Below, piece by piece: positions 63,518 to 64,000 of a stretch of DNA of 64,000 bases. Each line of letters begins with the position of its first letter. Position 1 is the first letter of the stretch. Origin of the DNA: Vicugna vicugna (Eukaryota); assembly GCA_013265495.1 (NCBI GenBank), contig MU057930.1:822057-886056 (forward strand). Direction: 5' to 3'. The notes under the pieces are model-generated. The model did no database searches. It was not told the DNA's origin and saw nothing but the letters and a program-made list of their open reading frames with translations. The position numbers were made by a program, and so were the translations under genes.

Positions 63518-64000
63518 CCAAACCAGACATGTTTGCTTGTTATCAAAAGTAAAGATTCAGGATTCAGTTGAAAGCAAATATGTTGTATGATGGCATTCTA
63601 GCAGTCATTAAAGAAAACCAGCTTATTTTGGGGTGAAAAAACCAAGTTGGCTTCCAGATGTTAATGGATATACTGTTCTTTCTACACATGACAGCTGCCC
63701 ATATCAGACTTAGGTCATAGGACGTATTTCTAATCAGTTACCTAAAGCTTTTATGTTTCTGTTTGTTTTGTTTTTGTTTCATTGGCTTTTTTTCTGCATA
63801 AAAAAGACAATGGTGCCCTAGATGCCTTGGTGATAATTTGTCTCTGGTTACAACTCACTTGTGGGAGATGGAGTAGCCCTAATTGGACCACATTGTTCAA
63901 GTATCTTCATGCCAAAGGGGTGGTTGTGTCCAAGCTGATCTGAGAAACAAGGAGCCTTTAAAATTCTGGCTTTGAAGAACCAAGCCCCTGACTAAAATGC

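Noticed and set aside
1..64000. CRISPR arrays, operons or other prokaryotic systems
   Set aside because: The sequence is mammalian and shows no regularly spaced repeat-spacer structure.

Overview
Repeat-rich mammalian genomic DNA, most likely camelid, judged from several copies of a short tRNA-Ala-derived, vic-1-like SINE. Repeats include many LINE-1 3' ends, MLT1/MLT2/MER21/ERV1 LTRs, MER20/MER5/MER3-type DNA transposons and long microsatellites. No intact protein-coding gene is supported; most ORF-track entries are repeat or microsatellite artefacts. The main non-repeat signal is a decayed multi-exon gene on the minus strand from ~42.2 kb down to at least ~4.6 kb, probably continuing past position 1. 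It has a signal-peptide-like first exon, about 19 exon-like blocks mostly bounded by AG/GT, recurrent Cys motifs resembling tandem zona pellucida-N (ZP-N) domains, and a ~2.3 kb low-complexity exon. It is disrupted by stops, frameshifts, a microsatellite and an LTR, so it is a candidate unitary pseudogene of a large secreted multi-ZP-N protein. Also present: a small CpG island with candidate + strand donors (~48.8-49.15 kb), a TSD-bounded L1 carrying a copy of neighbouring DNA (~31 kb) and an inverted duplication (~57 kb). Exon boundaries, translations and family assignments were made by eye and from memory and need confirmation by search.
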